A stretch of DNA of 64,000 nt from Eledone cirrhosa (lineage: Eukaryota): contig OZ024743.1 in the NCBI GenBank assembly GCA_964016885.1, forward strand, positions 348,316,001 through 348,380,000, written 5' to 3'. Position 1 is the first letter of the stretch. The number at the start of each line of letters is the position of its first letter. Made by a program: the position numbers and the translations under genes. This document shows positions 1-13,343 of this stretch, piece after piece. The notes beneath the pieces were generated by a model. That model was not told the DNA's origin. It made no database searches and was given only the letters and a program-made list of their open reading frames with translations.

Positions 1-47
1 AAACATTATTATTATTATTATTATTACTATTATTATTATTATTATTA

Positions 48-226
48 CAGTTGTATTTACCTTTCTTTATGTTCATACGAGTTATCACCAAGTCACAACC
101 AGTGACCTCAAGAGACAACAAGGTCCGCCATGTTCAAGAAAGAACATATATACACACACATGCATCTTTAATTGTTTAGACTTGTGATGTACTTATGGGC
201 AGTTCCCATTAGTACTATCTTTTGTA

Positions 227-228
<2 letters not shown>
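48..228 (-). mobile_element. Short 3' fragment of an R4/Dong-type LINE (3'UTR plus last codons), a tandem copy in (ATT)n
   Basis: Near-identical to 257-460 (cagttg..acgagttatcaccaagtcacaaccagtgacctcaagagac..tatgggcagttcccattagtac); bounded by (ATT)n. Confidence 0.8.
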
Positions 229-256
<28 letters not shown>

Positions 257-259
<3 letters not shown>

Positions 260-1420
260 AGTTGCATTTATCTTGCTTTCTGTTCATACGAGTTATCACC
301 AAGTCACAACCAGTGACCTCAAGAGACAAGGTCCGCCATGTTCAAAAAAGAACATACATATTCACACATGCATCTTTAGTGTTTAGACTTGTGATGTACT
401 TATATTGACAGAATCTTCCTTAGTATATGGGCAGTTCCCATTAGTACTATCTTTTGTATTTCTCCTATACGCGGGTTTCCTGGGATTTGCGATAAGTAAT
501 CATTAGACCCCTTAGGTATCATTCCCAGAGCGCCTACAACCACTGGTATTGTTTTAGTTCTCAATTTCCACATTTTTCCAATGTCTATCTCCAGGTCCTT
601 ATACTTGCTCAATTCGTCAAATGTTTTTATTGATACATTCTTGTCTATTGGAACAGACATATCAATTAGCAGGCATAACCTCTTTTGAAAGTCCTTCAAT
701 ATTATATCAGGTCTATTTGCATCTATTTTTCGGTCTGTTTGGATGCTAAAGTTCCACAAGATTGAGATGTAATCTTTTTCAAGTATGGGAGGTGGTTGAT
801 GCTCCCACCAATTCTTTTGATGGGGCAGGTCAAAATGCTTACACATTATCCAATGTATGTATTGTGCAGCTCTGTCATGCCTGTTTCGGTATTCGGTTGG
901 AGCTAAAGGACTGCACATTGAAATTATATGGTCAATGGTCTCTGGTTGTTTTTTGCATACACGGCATAATGGGCTGCATCCATTTTTTATTATGTTGGCT
1001 TGGTAATTTTTTGTTGGCAGACACTGATCTTGTGCTGATATAATCAGTCCTTCAGTCTCCGATTTCAGTCCAGAGGATGCCAACCACTGATGGGTTAAAG
1101 TTTTGTCAACATCAGGATTGTTAGCTCGCTCTGGGTATTTTCCATACAGAGGCTTTTCTTGCCATTTCTTAGCCAGTTTCTGTAGCAGTTCTTTCTTTGC
1201 AGTTACTTTTACCTGCTTTGCTTTTTCTGTGTTTTCCATTTCAGCAGTAACTGGGACTTCTGAAATGTGTAGTCCATTACCGTATCTTTGTGCATCTTTT
1301 GTAATGGAATATGATCTTTTGATGCTTTCGTGTTTCAAAACGAGTTTGATCATCCAATCATGTGATTCCCTTAGATATGTAGATAATCCAATTGTTGCAC
1401 CGACACCACCATTGTAAATA
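257..1420 (-). mobile_element. 5'-truncated R4/Dong-clade non-LTR retrotransposon
   Basis: Encodes a C-terminal CCHC finger and RLE domain; its 3' end abuts (TAA)n. Confidence 0.85.
400..1353 (-). CDS. C-terminal part of an R4/Dong-type ORF: CCHC zinc finger plus restriction-like endonuclease
   Basis: ETEGLIISAQDQ, CRVCKKQPETIDHIISMC, RHD, NRPDIIL..IDMSVP..KY.DL, IPVVVGALG motifs. Confidence 0.85.
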   Translation of the reverse strand: MIKLVLKHESIKRSYSITKDAQRYGNGLHISEVPVTAEMENTEKAKQVKVTAKKELLQKLAKKWQEKPLYGKYPERANNPDVDKTLTHQWLASSGLKSETEGLIISAQDQCLPTKNYQANIIKNGCSPLCRVCKKQPETIDHIISMCSPLAPTEYRNRHDRAAQYIHWIMCKHFDLPHQKNWWEHQPPPILEKDYISILWNFSIQTDRKIDANRPDIILKDFQKRLCLLIDMSVPIDKNVSIKTFDELSKYKDLEIDIGKMWKLRTKTIPVVVGALGMIPKGSNDYLSQIPGNPRIGEIQKIVLMGTAHILRKILSI

Positions 1421-1852
1421 TTACTACGTTTGCCAACACTAAAAATATAAGAAGTAGCAATATTTTAAATTTGTCTCTGGCAGACATTCATTTCCCGCCA
1501 TTACCAATGACTGCAGGTGTTAAAGCCGCCACCACCACCACCACCACCACGACAACCCCCACCCCCACCACCACAGCGACAACAGAAACAAAAGAAAAAA
1601 TAGATTAACTCGTGATATCGAAATGAATTCAACCAAAAGGAACTCTTCCACAACGAACACCACTGACATCACCACCACCACAATTGAAACTAAAATTAAT
1701 AATAACAAAAATAATGATAACAACAACAGCAACGATGACATTAAGAAAACCACCCTGAGTTTTGCTAGAGTAGCAAAACAGTAAAAATAGTGCGAAGAAT
1801 TTCAGGTAACTCAGGAGGAATTAGAAGAAACCCCAAAAATGGTAAAGAAAGA

Positions 1853-2851
1853 TGGGTACAGGGTCAGCCCCCCCACCCCACCCCCACCCCCCACACACGC
1901 ACACCTAATAAAATGGAGCATCGGCGCCTATGCACCGTGTCTTATCGAACAATTAATATAAAATCGCGCCGAGTGGAACGGGCATCCGAGTCCCAAATCC
2001 AAAAAGCTTTGGGATATGTGTGGGCAAAAAAAACCCACATCAGACGTGGGCAGAAGTATGGAACCGTGGACGTGTTCTTTGAAACACCACAGGAGGCTAG
2101 AGAACACTCCATGGCCCCATTAAGAAGTGACGACTTCACACTCGTCCCAAGCTATTGTGGCCAGTAACTCGTAATGATCAGGGTGACCCACGTTCCACCG
2201 GCCATAGAAATTCCCTGGCTAATAGCTGCCGTCCTCGTCGGCATCGAAGCCAACACGAAAATAATAGCAATAGCAAAAGAAAAGCAGGAGAACTGGTTCG
2301 GATCTGGGATGGAGTTCCTGATACAAGCGGACCAAAAAAGCATTGAGGAGATCCCAGAGGTAACAGACCTCACTGACGGCAGCCACCTCACCGTAATTGT
2401 CGAGGGCAGAAGACCTAGGTGTGTCGTTTGTGGTGAAGGAACCCACCGAAGGGCTTTCTGCCCCCAGGCTAAAAGGTTGAGGCCACCTCTTCTACCCACC
2501 GCAGTGACTCAACCATCAACACCACCAGCAGCAGAGATGGCAGCAACAACTGTAGCAGCAACAACAGAAGCAACTGCAACAGCAACAACCCCAGCAACAG
2601 TAGCAAAACCAACTCCACCACCACCACCCAACGCGCCAGAACTAGCACCATCTCCTACACCATCCACCACTCCACAACCAAAACTAACGCCTGTGGAGGA
2701 TGTTCCACTCCCTGACCTATCACAACTGGAGACAGATTGTGAAGACGAGGTGTGGGAACCGGTATCAGGAAAAAAGAAAAAAAGGAACCAAAAAGGAAAA
2801 AAATTCTCTTCCTTCTCCCTCCAAAAACAAAATACAGAGGGAAACAAATAA
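1853..2851 (+). pseudogene. Tx1 ORF1 (gag-like, CCHC knuckle) interrupted by an in-frame stop at 2165-2167
   Basis: KYGTVDVFF..IRVTHVPP..CVVCGEGTHRRAFC followed by a Pro/Thr-rich tail. Confidence 0.75.
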
Positions 2852-3376
2852 ACTATCAAACAAAAAAGTTAGGACATATATGCCACCATCCACACAGGCA
2901 TCACCAACCCCATCACCACAAACACCAACACCATCACCATCATTAACCCCAAAGCCACCATCACCTACACCACAAAAGTCACCAAAAAGCGAAACAGAAA
3001 CAAACCCACAACAAACACAAACAAAACAAAACAACCAAAACGATACACACTACGCAGCATTAAATTAACACCAACAACCTATTATTACACTACATCCAAC
3101 ACAACACCAACATCACAGAAAAAGACTACACAATAACCCAAAAGTTCACACCTCCTCCACACATACAAATCACTCGCATCACACAGAAAACGTACATGAC
3201 ACTAAAACAAAAATTCCCCAAAGACATCGGAGACTTCCGACAAGCACTCTCCAGGAGGATTTATAAGGACATCCTTCCTGAGGAGGCCACAAGCAGTGAA
3301 AATGATGCAGAAACCGTCCTTCCTCTACGAGAAGTAAGGTAAGTGGTCTTTCCCATCTTTTCCACTCCATTTCAAC

Positions 3377-6300
3377 ATGACCTCACTCAGAATAGGCAGC
3401 ATAAATGCGCGTGACTTCGGGTCGTCATGGAAGCAAGGCCACCTGCTCAACGACCTCACGTCACTAAACATAGATGTAGTGGCCATCAACGAGACCAGAA
3501 TCTCCGAAGCACGGGCCTTCGCACCGATCTTCGGCGGCTACGATGTGTACGCATCTCCCAGCCGTCCGGATCGGGGGGAGGAGTTGCTGTGCTTTTTCGG
3601 AGAGGTTTGGATCTTGCCATACGGGCCATCTTCCTGGACCCAGAAGGTATGTTGGTGGTGCTGGACGTGACAAGCAGAGACGGGCAAGCTTTCAGGCTAG
3701 TAGCCGTCTATGCCACGACAGGAGCAGGGCGGCTTGATTTCTTCCAGCGTCTGGAAACCTTTCTTGGAACATCCCGCACTTTAGTGTTAGTGGGCGACTG
3801 GAACGGGATCTTAGATGCACGCTGGGACTGTGTGGGATTAGCGGATAGGGGAGGAGGTTGCAAGAGTCTCACCAACCTGCTCAGGCGTTTTGAACTGTCT
3901 GAGAGGTACCGATTGGATTTCCCGAATGTGCCAATGTGGACTTAGACAAATTGCATAGGGTCATCCAGTTCATATCTAGGTAGAGTATTTTGTAGGGAAA
4001 TGTATAGGTCTAGCATAGGCTGTCCACAATTCAAGATAGTCAGCTACACGGACCACAAATTCGATATATGTGTGCTTGAATTAGATAGGCTTCATAGACG
4101 AAGACCCGGCTACTGGAAGCTAAACGCGTCCTTACCAGCGCGCAAGGCCTACAGAGACCGGATTAGCGAACTAGTTAAGCGGGCGTTGACGGGGGCCATC
4201 GTCAACAACATGTGGTGGTTTGCTCTGAAAAGAGCAATTAGAATAGAGTCCATTAGGTTAAGTAAGGCTTTAGCAATAGAGAAAAATAGAGCAGAAGGAG
4301 AATTAGTTAGAACATTAGACGAGGCGCTTAGCAAAGGCCTCGCGACCGACGTACTTGCGGCGAAATTGGCCCTTGACCAATTCTTCAAATGCAAAGCACG
4401 AAGGCTGTGTTGTCAGAGATAGGGTGCGTGCTCTCAGACACGAGGGGACGAAAGCTGTTCAATGGGCCCGAGTGCCGGAGGCGCGTCGTGGCAACAAAGC
4501 CACGATACGGTCTTTGGTGAACCACGACAGGCGCATGCTACTCGGTCCCGGGAAAATGTGTGAACCTTTTCAGCGACACGTCGAACAGCTGCGGGCCGGA
4601 TCGAGGGATGGACTTTAGTGTCTACCTCGACGGACTGCCGAGGCTCTCGGCCACAGAGGCGGAGTGTTGCAAAAAGCCAATAACAGCCGCTGAAGTACGG
4701 GAAGCAATGACTGGCTGCACAAGGGGTAAATCGCCTGGTTTGGATGGTCTGCTCTATGAACTTTACGTACAAATGCCAGACTTGTTCGGAGGCCTCTTGG
4801 CGGACGTCTACTGCAACTGGCAACAGAACGGGAGAATTCCGAGTTCTGTGAGCCGAGGAGTGGTGTCGCTGCTGAGAAATGATCCGAACAATGGGGATAA
4901 CATAGATAATTTTAGGCCCATATCTCTGCTAAACACAGAGTTCAAGATTTTGGCCAAGGTGCTAGCAAAGAGGTTGGCCCTTGTCGTTGGTGGTCTGGTG
5001 GGAGAGTCGCAGACATGCGCCATTCCCGACAGATCCATCCACGACAACCTCCACCTCATGCGATACATCGTAGAGAAGGTAGCTAGGGAACCTGGCACGG
5101 GTGGGTCCTTGATCAATTTAGATCAGTCGAAATATATCGATAGGGTCGACCATCGCTAACTAGCGGCAGACCTGAGGGCGGCTGGCTTTGGGCCCGTCGT
5201 CAGAGGCAGGATCGCTGCCATTATCAGCGCCATCTGCTCTGTGGTGAGAGTGAACGGTCACCTTTCGGAACAGTTCAACATCATGCGTTCAGTCCACCAA
5301 GGATGTCCACTCTCGTCCCTCTTGTATGTACTGACTCTCGAGCTATATCTGTACAAACTGGAGACGTTGAGGGGGATCCCGCGCGAACTAGGATGCGGAA
5401 GATCCGTGTCAGCATATGTGGACGATGTCACCGTAGTTGTGTCGAACGCCAAACACATCGTGGCGATCTGCACTACATTAAGAGAATACGAAGCTGTGAC
5501 AAGAGCAATGATCATCCAGGAAAAGTCAGTGGGCCTGCAGCTCGGCACCTCGAGGGGCAGGTCCATGCCGTCCAACAGCGTCGTCCGGCGCTGGACGGAC
5601 GGACCAGTTAAATTGTTAGGTTTCTGGTTCGGTCCGGACCTCCAAACGGACAAAAACTGGGACGAGGTGACGAGCATGGTGGCTTCTTTCACCCAGAAAT
5701 GGGCGGAGAGGAAGCTATCCCTGAAAAGTCGAGTGAAGGTGGCTAACGCGTACTTCGCGTCAGTCATGTACTACCGCCTGACCGTCATACCTTGTCCTAA
5801 GCGCCACCAGAGTGCGCTGGAGAGTTTGTTCTTTCGCTTTTTGTGGAAGGGACGCCTCGATGGTCAGGCTTCGATGGTCCATCTGCTGTCAACACCCACT
5901 ACGTGGATGGCTGGGTATGCCGTGGCTGATGATGCGCAGACAAGTGCTCAGGCTACGACATCTCCACCTCTTCCTAGACGGTGATCAGGTGTGGTCACCG
6001 TTTGCTAGACGCGTCTTTCCCCAGCTCGTTTCCTTGCCGGAGCTGCACGCCTGGGTCAAGCAAAGACCGAGAGGGAGTGCTTGGAGACTGGAATGTCTTC
6101 AGGCGCTCACAGCCCTCGACCAATCGGGCAATGTGATCGTTGGAAACTCCACCTTGGTGTTCTATAGAGGATTAGTGGAGGGGAAGAGCGACGACATACT
6201 TGAGAAAACTCTAGGCGTCGACGAAAATCAACTATCCAATCTCTTTGGAAGAACTTTCGGTCCGGGGCCTATGGACAACTTCCAGAAATCCCTGGCCTGG

Positions 6301-6785
6301 CAGTGCTACCGAGGAGCTTTGCCAGTTCGGGATAAACTCTACAGGCATGGAGGTGCCGTAAGCCGGGCATGTTCGAGATGCGCGCAGGGCGAGGAAACCG
6401 TCCTGCATGCACTCGTCCAGTGTCCGAGCATTGCTGACTTGTGGATTTATGTCGAACACCTGCTGTCGCGTGTAGAACGGATCCGACTATCAACTGAGTC
6501 CATCGTGAGGATTGCCCCGTTCTTTTCCTTTAGCCAGGAAGGGCAGGCATTTTTTATCTGTCTGGTGGCCATGGCGAAAGAGATAGTATGGTGGACACGT
6601 TTGAAAGGGCTGAAGACGAGCACTTACCTCTTCGGTGATGCCTTGATTAACTTTTTCCAATTTCATTTGAAAAGGAAAACAGGTTAGAAAAGGAGGTGCT
6701 CTCTTACCAGATTTTTGTTGAAAGATGGGTGAGAGAGGCAAGAATGGCCCGAGTGAGTGGATCTACTCTGAGTATATGCCTGTAA
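3377..6785 (+). pseudogene. Tx1 ORF2 (AP endonuclease, reverse transcriptase, C-terminal zinc finger) with frameshifts and stops
   Basis: GSINARD, INETR, VGDWN, YTDHK, KSPGLDGL, NFRPISLLN, QGCPLS, YVDD, CSRCAQGEETVLHALVQC in successive frames. Confidence 0.9.
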
Positions 6786-7149
6786 ACTGAAGGTGGAAAA
6801 CTGGGAGAGGACAATTGCCCTGGTGGTCAGGGTCACCGTGGCTTTCTTTAATGGGCTTTCTCCACAATGGCCCTCGGAAGTCTTCCCCCTATTGGGGAAT
6901 TTTTCATTGTTCTATTATTTCATCCTCTGTTTTTTTTTGTTTTTTACACGCAGAAATTCCAATTTGTACCGTCCAGTATTGCCCTGTACTGTCCTTAATG
7001 TCTACTTTGTGCAAATCCTAGTGGTTAATAAAGAAAGCAATATTATTATCATTATTATTATGTAATATTAATATTATTATCATAATTGGCGACAGACATG
7101 TGAAGAGGTGTAATCGTGAACTCCAGTGAGTTTTATTTTTAAGTTGTAT

Positions 7150-8791
7150 AAATCATTATTTGTTGAATATGGAGCTTTGGCACAAATATTTGAGCTATAT
7201 TCTTTTTTACTTTCACGCCTACAAACGTTAAAATAGTCGTGGAGATACGCCCCTTTTCTAGCCAGCTGCCAGGTGTTAGCAACTCTATGGTCGAAATTAA
7301 CGTCTTCGACTCCATCACCAGCAAACTCATCCGTGTTTTACGTACCACCACTACAGACTCCAAGACCAGCGTCACCAATGACACCAGCAAAAGCAACAAA
7401 AACAGCTAATGCAACAACGGCAACGACGACAACAACAATAACAACAACTTCAGCAACCGAAACAACAACGATGACGGTGGCAACATCAACAAAAGAAACG
7501 GCAACCACAACAAAAACTGAAACAGCAACAACTGCAGCAACATCAACAGCAATAACAGCAATAGAAACAAGGACAATGATAACAACAGCAGCAGCAGCAG
7601 CAACGACAACTAGAGCAACACCAAGGGCAACTACCACAATAATATCAACAATAACAAAATCACCTAGCTACAGTTGATGTGGACATCACTAAGAGAAATG
7701 AATGTTTGTGTCAGGCAGCCAAACTAGTAAAAATGGATAACATCTGGACCAACATACATGCTCTGATCGATGTGATGGCGGCTAGGGAGAACAATTTTGA
7801 CTTATATATGCATTGGACTTAAGTCCAAAAAGACGGAGCTGCCCCAACCATCTCAGGTGGAGGAAGTTCTGAAGAGCTTAATATCAGGCATTCAAGACGA
7901 GGCAAGGAGTATGGAATTTGGGAGTATCTCGGTCCTCTACAATAGTGAAACACTTTCTAAAATATTACACTGTCGTCCCCTGAAAAACGGACTAGCTTAT
8001 TTTGTTTCCCTCTCATATGGGACGAAGAACAATCAAAATCCGTATTACTGGGATCCCGCCAGATATTCACGTCTGCTGGATCCTGGCATGCATAATGTTA
8101 GGGGGAAGCGAAACGCGACCCAGGGGAAAGAGAACCCGGAAGGTGAACTGCTCTGGGATCAGTCTGGAGAACTATTTCCAGATCAAACTAAAGAAGATTG
8201 AAAACTCCGAGACCTAATTCACATTCCGGGTGGCGTTGAACTCAAAGACATATGTGAGGGCACGAGGCCCCGCTGTCAATTTTGCAGGATATGTACACCT
8301 AAGGGCATTTTGTCATCAACAAAATAAAGGGAACCGCAGTGTCCCTTGCTGTCAACATCGAACCTCAAAAGCAATAAAAACAGCAACAGCAGCACCTGCG
8401 ACACGTAAAACACCAACAGCAGCTCCAGCAACTACATGAACAACACTAGCAACTGAACCATAGCCACCAATAACAATAAACTACAACAAAACCACACAAG
8501 GTGCACATCAAACAAGCTCTCCCTCATCTCCTCTCTCGCTTTCTTGCCAATCCCTCACCCCTCTCCCTCTATCCCCCCCTCTCTCTCCGTATCTCTCCTT
8601 CTCTATGTCCTCTGAACTCAATAACGCACACAAACACCCAAACAAACACAAACACACCCCCGCTAACATTCAAACATATGGAAGGACCTCCTCATCTCAA
8701 ACTGCGTAAGAGAGAGGACTCCTAAAGACAAATACACAAAAATGAAAGCACAAGACGAACACATCTAGCATCATACACACACACGCACTAA

Positions 8792-8862
<71 letters not shown>

Positions 8863-10610
8863 TACACACATACACACACGCACACACATACATACACACA
8901 CATACTCACCAGAAAACGCAGACGTCATACACACAACAAACCCAGACATCCAAAACAAATCAAACTACACCAACACCAGCACCATATCCACAAACACTAC
9001 CAATGCTACCACTAGCAGAACAAAATAAACGAAATCACGCACAAAAATAGAAAGAGAAAAACAGTGCATACAGAAAATCTCTTGCTAGTAATATTGGTCA
9101 ACGAAGAACTAATGGCCCTCATAGCAGGAAGTAAAGAGATTAAGAAAGATTTTTTGGCGCAAGCACATTTCACGTGCCTGAATTTCAAATGAGAGAATGG
9201 TTACTGCTGGTTTCTTACAAAGGCATTAGGGAAAGATTTCCAGCTGTCGTGGGGATTCTTAATATTAGAAGCAGCAGTAAGATATAAAAGGGGTTACCAA
9301 AAGAAATCACAGCAAATATGGAGATCGAACTACCCACTCTCCATCAGCATTCGGAGAGTAGCCCTTTTTTTTCTCTTGACTAACTCGCCGACATTTCTAT
9401 TATAAGAGTAAATGGCATGAATGTTCGTGATCTAGAGTCTATTTAAAAGCAAGTTCCTTTGCTGAACGACTTCAGTTCAATAGATATGGATGTGATTGCC
9501 GTCAGCGAGGCCTTGATTTTTGACACATGTGCACTAGCAACCATTTGTAACGACTATGAGGTCTTTGTATCTCATAGTCAGCCCATAATGGGCTTAGAGG
9601 AATATGAAAGATTGACGGGAGAATATAGCAACCCGGAAAGGTCGTAGGGTTTATAGCTCGGCACCTGAAGAGAGGAATCCATGCCCTTCAACTGCGTCTT
9701 CTGACATTGGTTGGACGGAGCGTGGAAATTACATAGGGTCTAGTTTGTGGCAAACCTCCAGGTAAATAATTGGAACGAGGTAGCGAACATTATAACTTCT
9801 CTCACCTAGAAGCGGGCTGAGGGGTTGCTATCATTCAAAGGTCAATCATATATTACCGCCTGACTGTGGTGCCTTGCCCTCGTTCGCGTTTGCAAATTTG
9901 GAGCGTCTGCTCTTCAACGTCTTGTGGACGGGTCATCTGCTTCGAGACCCTAATAACCGGAGAGCCAAACATGCCGTGCCTGGTGATGCGCAACCATACG
10001 CTGAGCCTGCGGCATCTTCAAATATTCCTAAACGGTAAACAGGTGGGGTTACAGATTATGAGACGTCCTTTTGACTGAGCTGCAGTCGTGGTTCAAGCGA
10101 CCATAGAGACTGGGCACCTGGTATCTGGAATGTTGCCTGGCGCTTACTGACCTCTACCAGGAGGTAAATGCGTTCAGTGGAATTCCACTCAGGATTTCTG
10201 TTGAGGATAAGGGGTGGGCAAATTCGACCACACTGTACTATGGACAACTTACAGTAATCCCTTGATTGGCAGTGATACAAGGGGACACTTCCGGCTCGAG
10301 ATAAAGTCTACTGGCACGGAAGTGCGGTCAAACTGACCTGTCTCAGATTCGCGACGAGCGACAAAAGCGTTTTGCATGCGTGAATTACTGTCTTGTGGAG
10401 CTCTATCGAACAGCGATTATCGCGTATAGGACGTATCCGGCTATTGACCGAGTTAATCGTAAAGATCGTCCCACGACCTTGTTTTGGCTCGGAAGGGTAC
10501 ATAGTTTTGCTCTTTTTGATAACTGTAGCGAAGGATGTTGTATAGTGGACGCGGCTGAAATTTATTTCCTTTCCCCGAAATTTGTTGGTCTTTTGCCTAA
10601 ATAACAATCC
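7150..10610 (+). mobile_element. Old, internally deleted Tx1-clade LINE (copy 2)
   Basis: ORF1-like remnants (IKIRITGIPP); APE N-terminus (LLNDFSSIDMDVIAVSE) fused at about 9595 directly to post-RT sequence (EEYERLTG); homologous to copies 1 and 3; ends at (ATT)n. Confidence 0.75.
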
Positions 10611-10621
10611 ATTATTATTGC

Positions 10622-10832
10622 TAAATTGGCAGAAGCATTGGCACAGCGAACAACAAACTTTGCAGCATAGAGTAACGACCTTTTACGTTCTAATTTCAAA
10701 TACCGCTGAAGTTAGCTTTGTCTTTCCTCCTTAAGGAATTGGTGAAATAATGTACCAGTAATGAACTGGAGTTAAGTTAATTGACTTCCCCCTTCCATTC
10801 AAATTGATGGCCTCGTTCCAAAAGTAGAAACA
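10622..10832 (+). mobile_element. Degenerate tRNA-derived SINE
   Basis: ttggcagaagc A-box-like motif, ttcaaatacc B-box-like motif, tail ggcctcgttccaaaagtagaaac shared with other copies. Confidence 0.6.
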
Positions 10833-11299
10833 ATTATTATTGTTTATATTGTTGTCTCTTTTAGAAGGAAATTAACATTTCCTTCTAAAAACAAAAATAT
10901 TTATAAAAGCGGAATTTAGTCAATAATAAAGGTGTGACGGCTGTGCTTGACGATTGGCACATATTCTGATATCAGAGTGAAACGTTGAAAATTAGACAAA
11001 ACTGAGAAATTTTATAAAAATTCAATCCAAGTTATTTTTTTTTTTTTTCATTGCGATTTTTAATCGATGTTTGTTCTCGGCACATGTTATATTATGGCTT
11101 TGCATATTTACAATCAAGCTTATTCAGCACATTTTTAGTAATTTTAATTGAGAGCAGCAGATGGCCCCGAAGAGACGAGAGATATTAGACAGCTAATCAA
11201 CACTGCTTTTGTTTTAATTTGTTGTCAATGGAGCTGTAAATATTTAACACATATCGAAGTATTTATTTCATCGTGTACGCAATATGAGCATTATATACA

Positions 11300-12500
11300 G
11301 ATCTGAGTTCGAATTATCTATTGTGTTACTTATAGTCCAACATTGTTTTGGTCTCAACTGATCTCAACAAAGTCTAACGGTACTATCGGTGTAAAAGTCT
11401 ATGCTTTGATCGCATTGTCGTATTGAATGCGGTATATAACATATGTTTGCTGGGACATATCTGTGTCGCGAATGGGGAAACACCCGATTGTTCATTAGCT
11501 ATTGTTGTTCCTTGGTCGTTTTTTGATAGGTGTTCTCGTAGAGAAAGGCCTAAGTGGGATAACTGTATGTCTAGTCCGTCTTTGTGGATGGCTCTGCGGA
11601 TTGCTGGATTATATTTTTTACTGTAGTGTGGTAGTTTTAGAACGCAGGTGCTGGAGGGCGGCCAATTTCTCTGGCAATTCAAGGCCTCTAATACGACTCA
11701 AGTTGGGTATCCATTGAATTTTAGTACTTCCTAGAAATGTGTTGTATACGTGACTTGGTCCTCCACCTTGCTGCATATGTTCCGGTTACATGTGACTTTA
11801 TTCCTCAAGTATCCGGTTTTAGCATCGAGGAGGAGGACTAATTTATAATAAACAAACAGGTCTTTGTACGTAGCTTTTCTGTTGAAGTTGGTGTCTATAT
11901 TACTTTCTTCCATCACTCTAAGCTGGAAGTCGAGTAGGGACAGGAATCCAGTGTTGCCAGGGTATTCTACGCCGAACCGTATATTATCGTCCACGGTCGC
12001 GAACGTCGTGGATATATTGGAGGCCTCTTCACGGGAGGACGTGAGGATAAGAGTGTCATTTATGTACCTGGTGAAGAAGGCACATTTGTAGCAGGTTTTG
12101 AGCGCGTGATGTTTCAGCTGGTTCACGTAGGTGATGGCCAGTAGTCCTGTTGGGCTGGGACCCATGGGTAGACCTGTTGTCTGTTTGTAGGTGTGGTGAT
12201 GGAATGTAAAGAAGGCGTTGTCAACAATAATAGATATAATAGATAGGATTCGGTGTATATCGGAAGCGGTGGGTTTGAAGCAGTATATGGCTTTACTGCT
12301 AGGTGGGCGTGTTCTGATGTGTAGTGGTGGTCAACATCAAGACTAAATCTGTATTTATTATGTGTAAGTTGTGCAGTTGTTAGATGGTGTAGACAATATA
12401 TGACCTCATCGATGATGCTGACATGTCCGGGAAAGGGGGAAAGTGTACGCCTAAGAGAGAAGGCAGGGAATTGTGTACAGGGACCTTTCTATGATAGAGA
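11300..12500 (-). mobile_element. Decayed Penelope-like element: RT domain and start of the endonuclease region
   Basis: ORF 11731-12165 has PMGPSP..LA, RYINDT (YxDD-derived), LSLLDF, NRKAT..D, typical of PLE RT; continues into 11383-11682. Confidence 0.75.
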
Positions 12501-13194
12501 AACTGTGTATATCTACATAAACATATTTATCATAATCTATTACTTGATTATAGTTTAAACAATGTCTTTAACATACCGACAAAATAGCTCATGAATGTTC
12601 ATATTGAGCATTAATATATAAGTTGTGCAATCCACAGACTTACTATCCTTAATACACTCATAAATTCTGCCTAGACAATTTCATAGGTATTTCCTGGCTC
12701 GACGAATGAAATGTTAAAGACCCTTCCTCAAGGAGACACTCAGTGGGATAGAAACGGCGACCTTGTTATTACGAAGTAAACTTCTAAACTAATAAGATAT
12801 GGCAGCGTCTACGATACGATATAAAGAAAATGATGTATATAAATGAAAAGACGAAATACAGCATTAATAGAAACTCTAATTTGGTTAACAACAATCTCTA
12901 CAAAAGATAAAGAATGAACAACAGCAACGACAATGTAGCAACAATAACACGAACAACAGAATGAAATAGGAAACGGTGGTGACGAAGGTGAGAATGATAT
13001 GGTGGAGATGCAAAATCAAATAAATGTCTAAGCCCTGTTTGCCAAAGTTAACAAAATACTCATCCCTCCTTAGTTCCCCCCTCTCTCTCTCACACACTAT
13101 AAACATACCTACATACACTCACATAGATTTGCAACCCCCATCCCTATATACATATATATATTTTTTTAATTTATTTTTTAAATTTATTTATTTA

Positions 13195-13272
<78 letters not shown>

Positions 13273-13296
13273 TATTTATATATATATATTTATATT

Positions 13297-13343
<47 letters not shown>

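Larger units (their letters stand above)
1520..7040 (+). mobile_element. Near full-length but decayed Tx1/L1-clade LINE (copy 1)
   Basis: ORF1 with zinc knuckle, ORF2 with APE-RT-CCHC, T-rich 3'UTR, AATAAA at about 7027 followed by (ATT)n; 5' boundary approximate. Confidence 0.85.
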
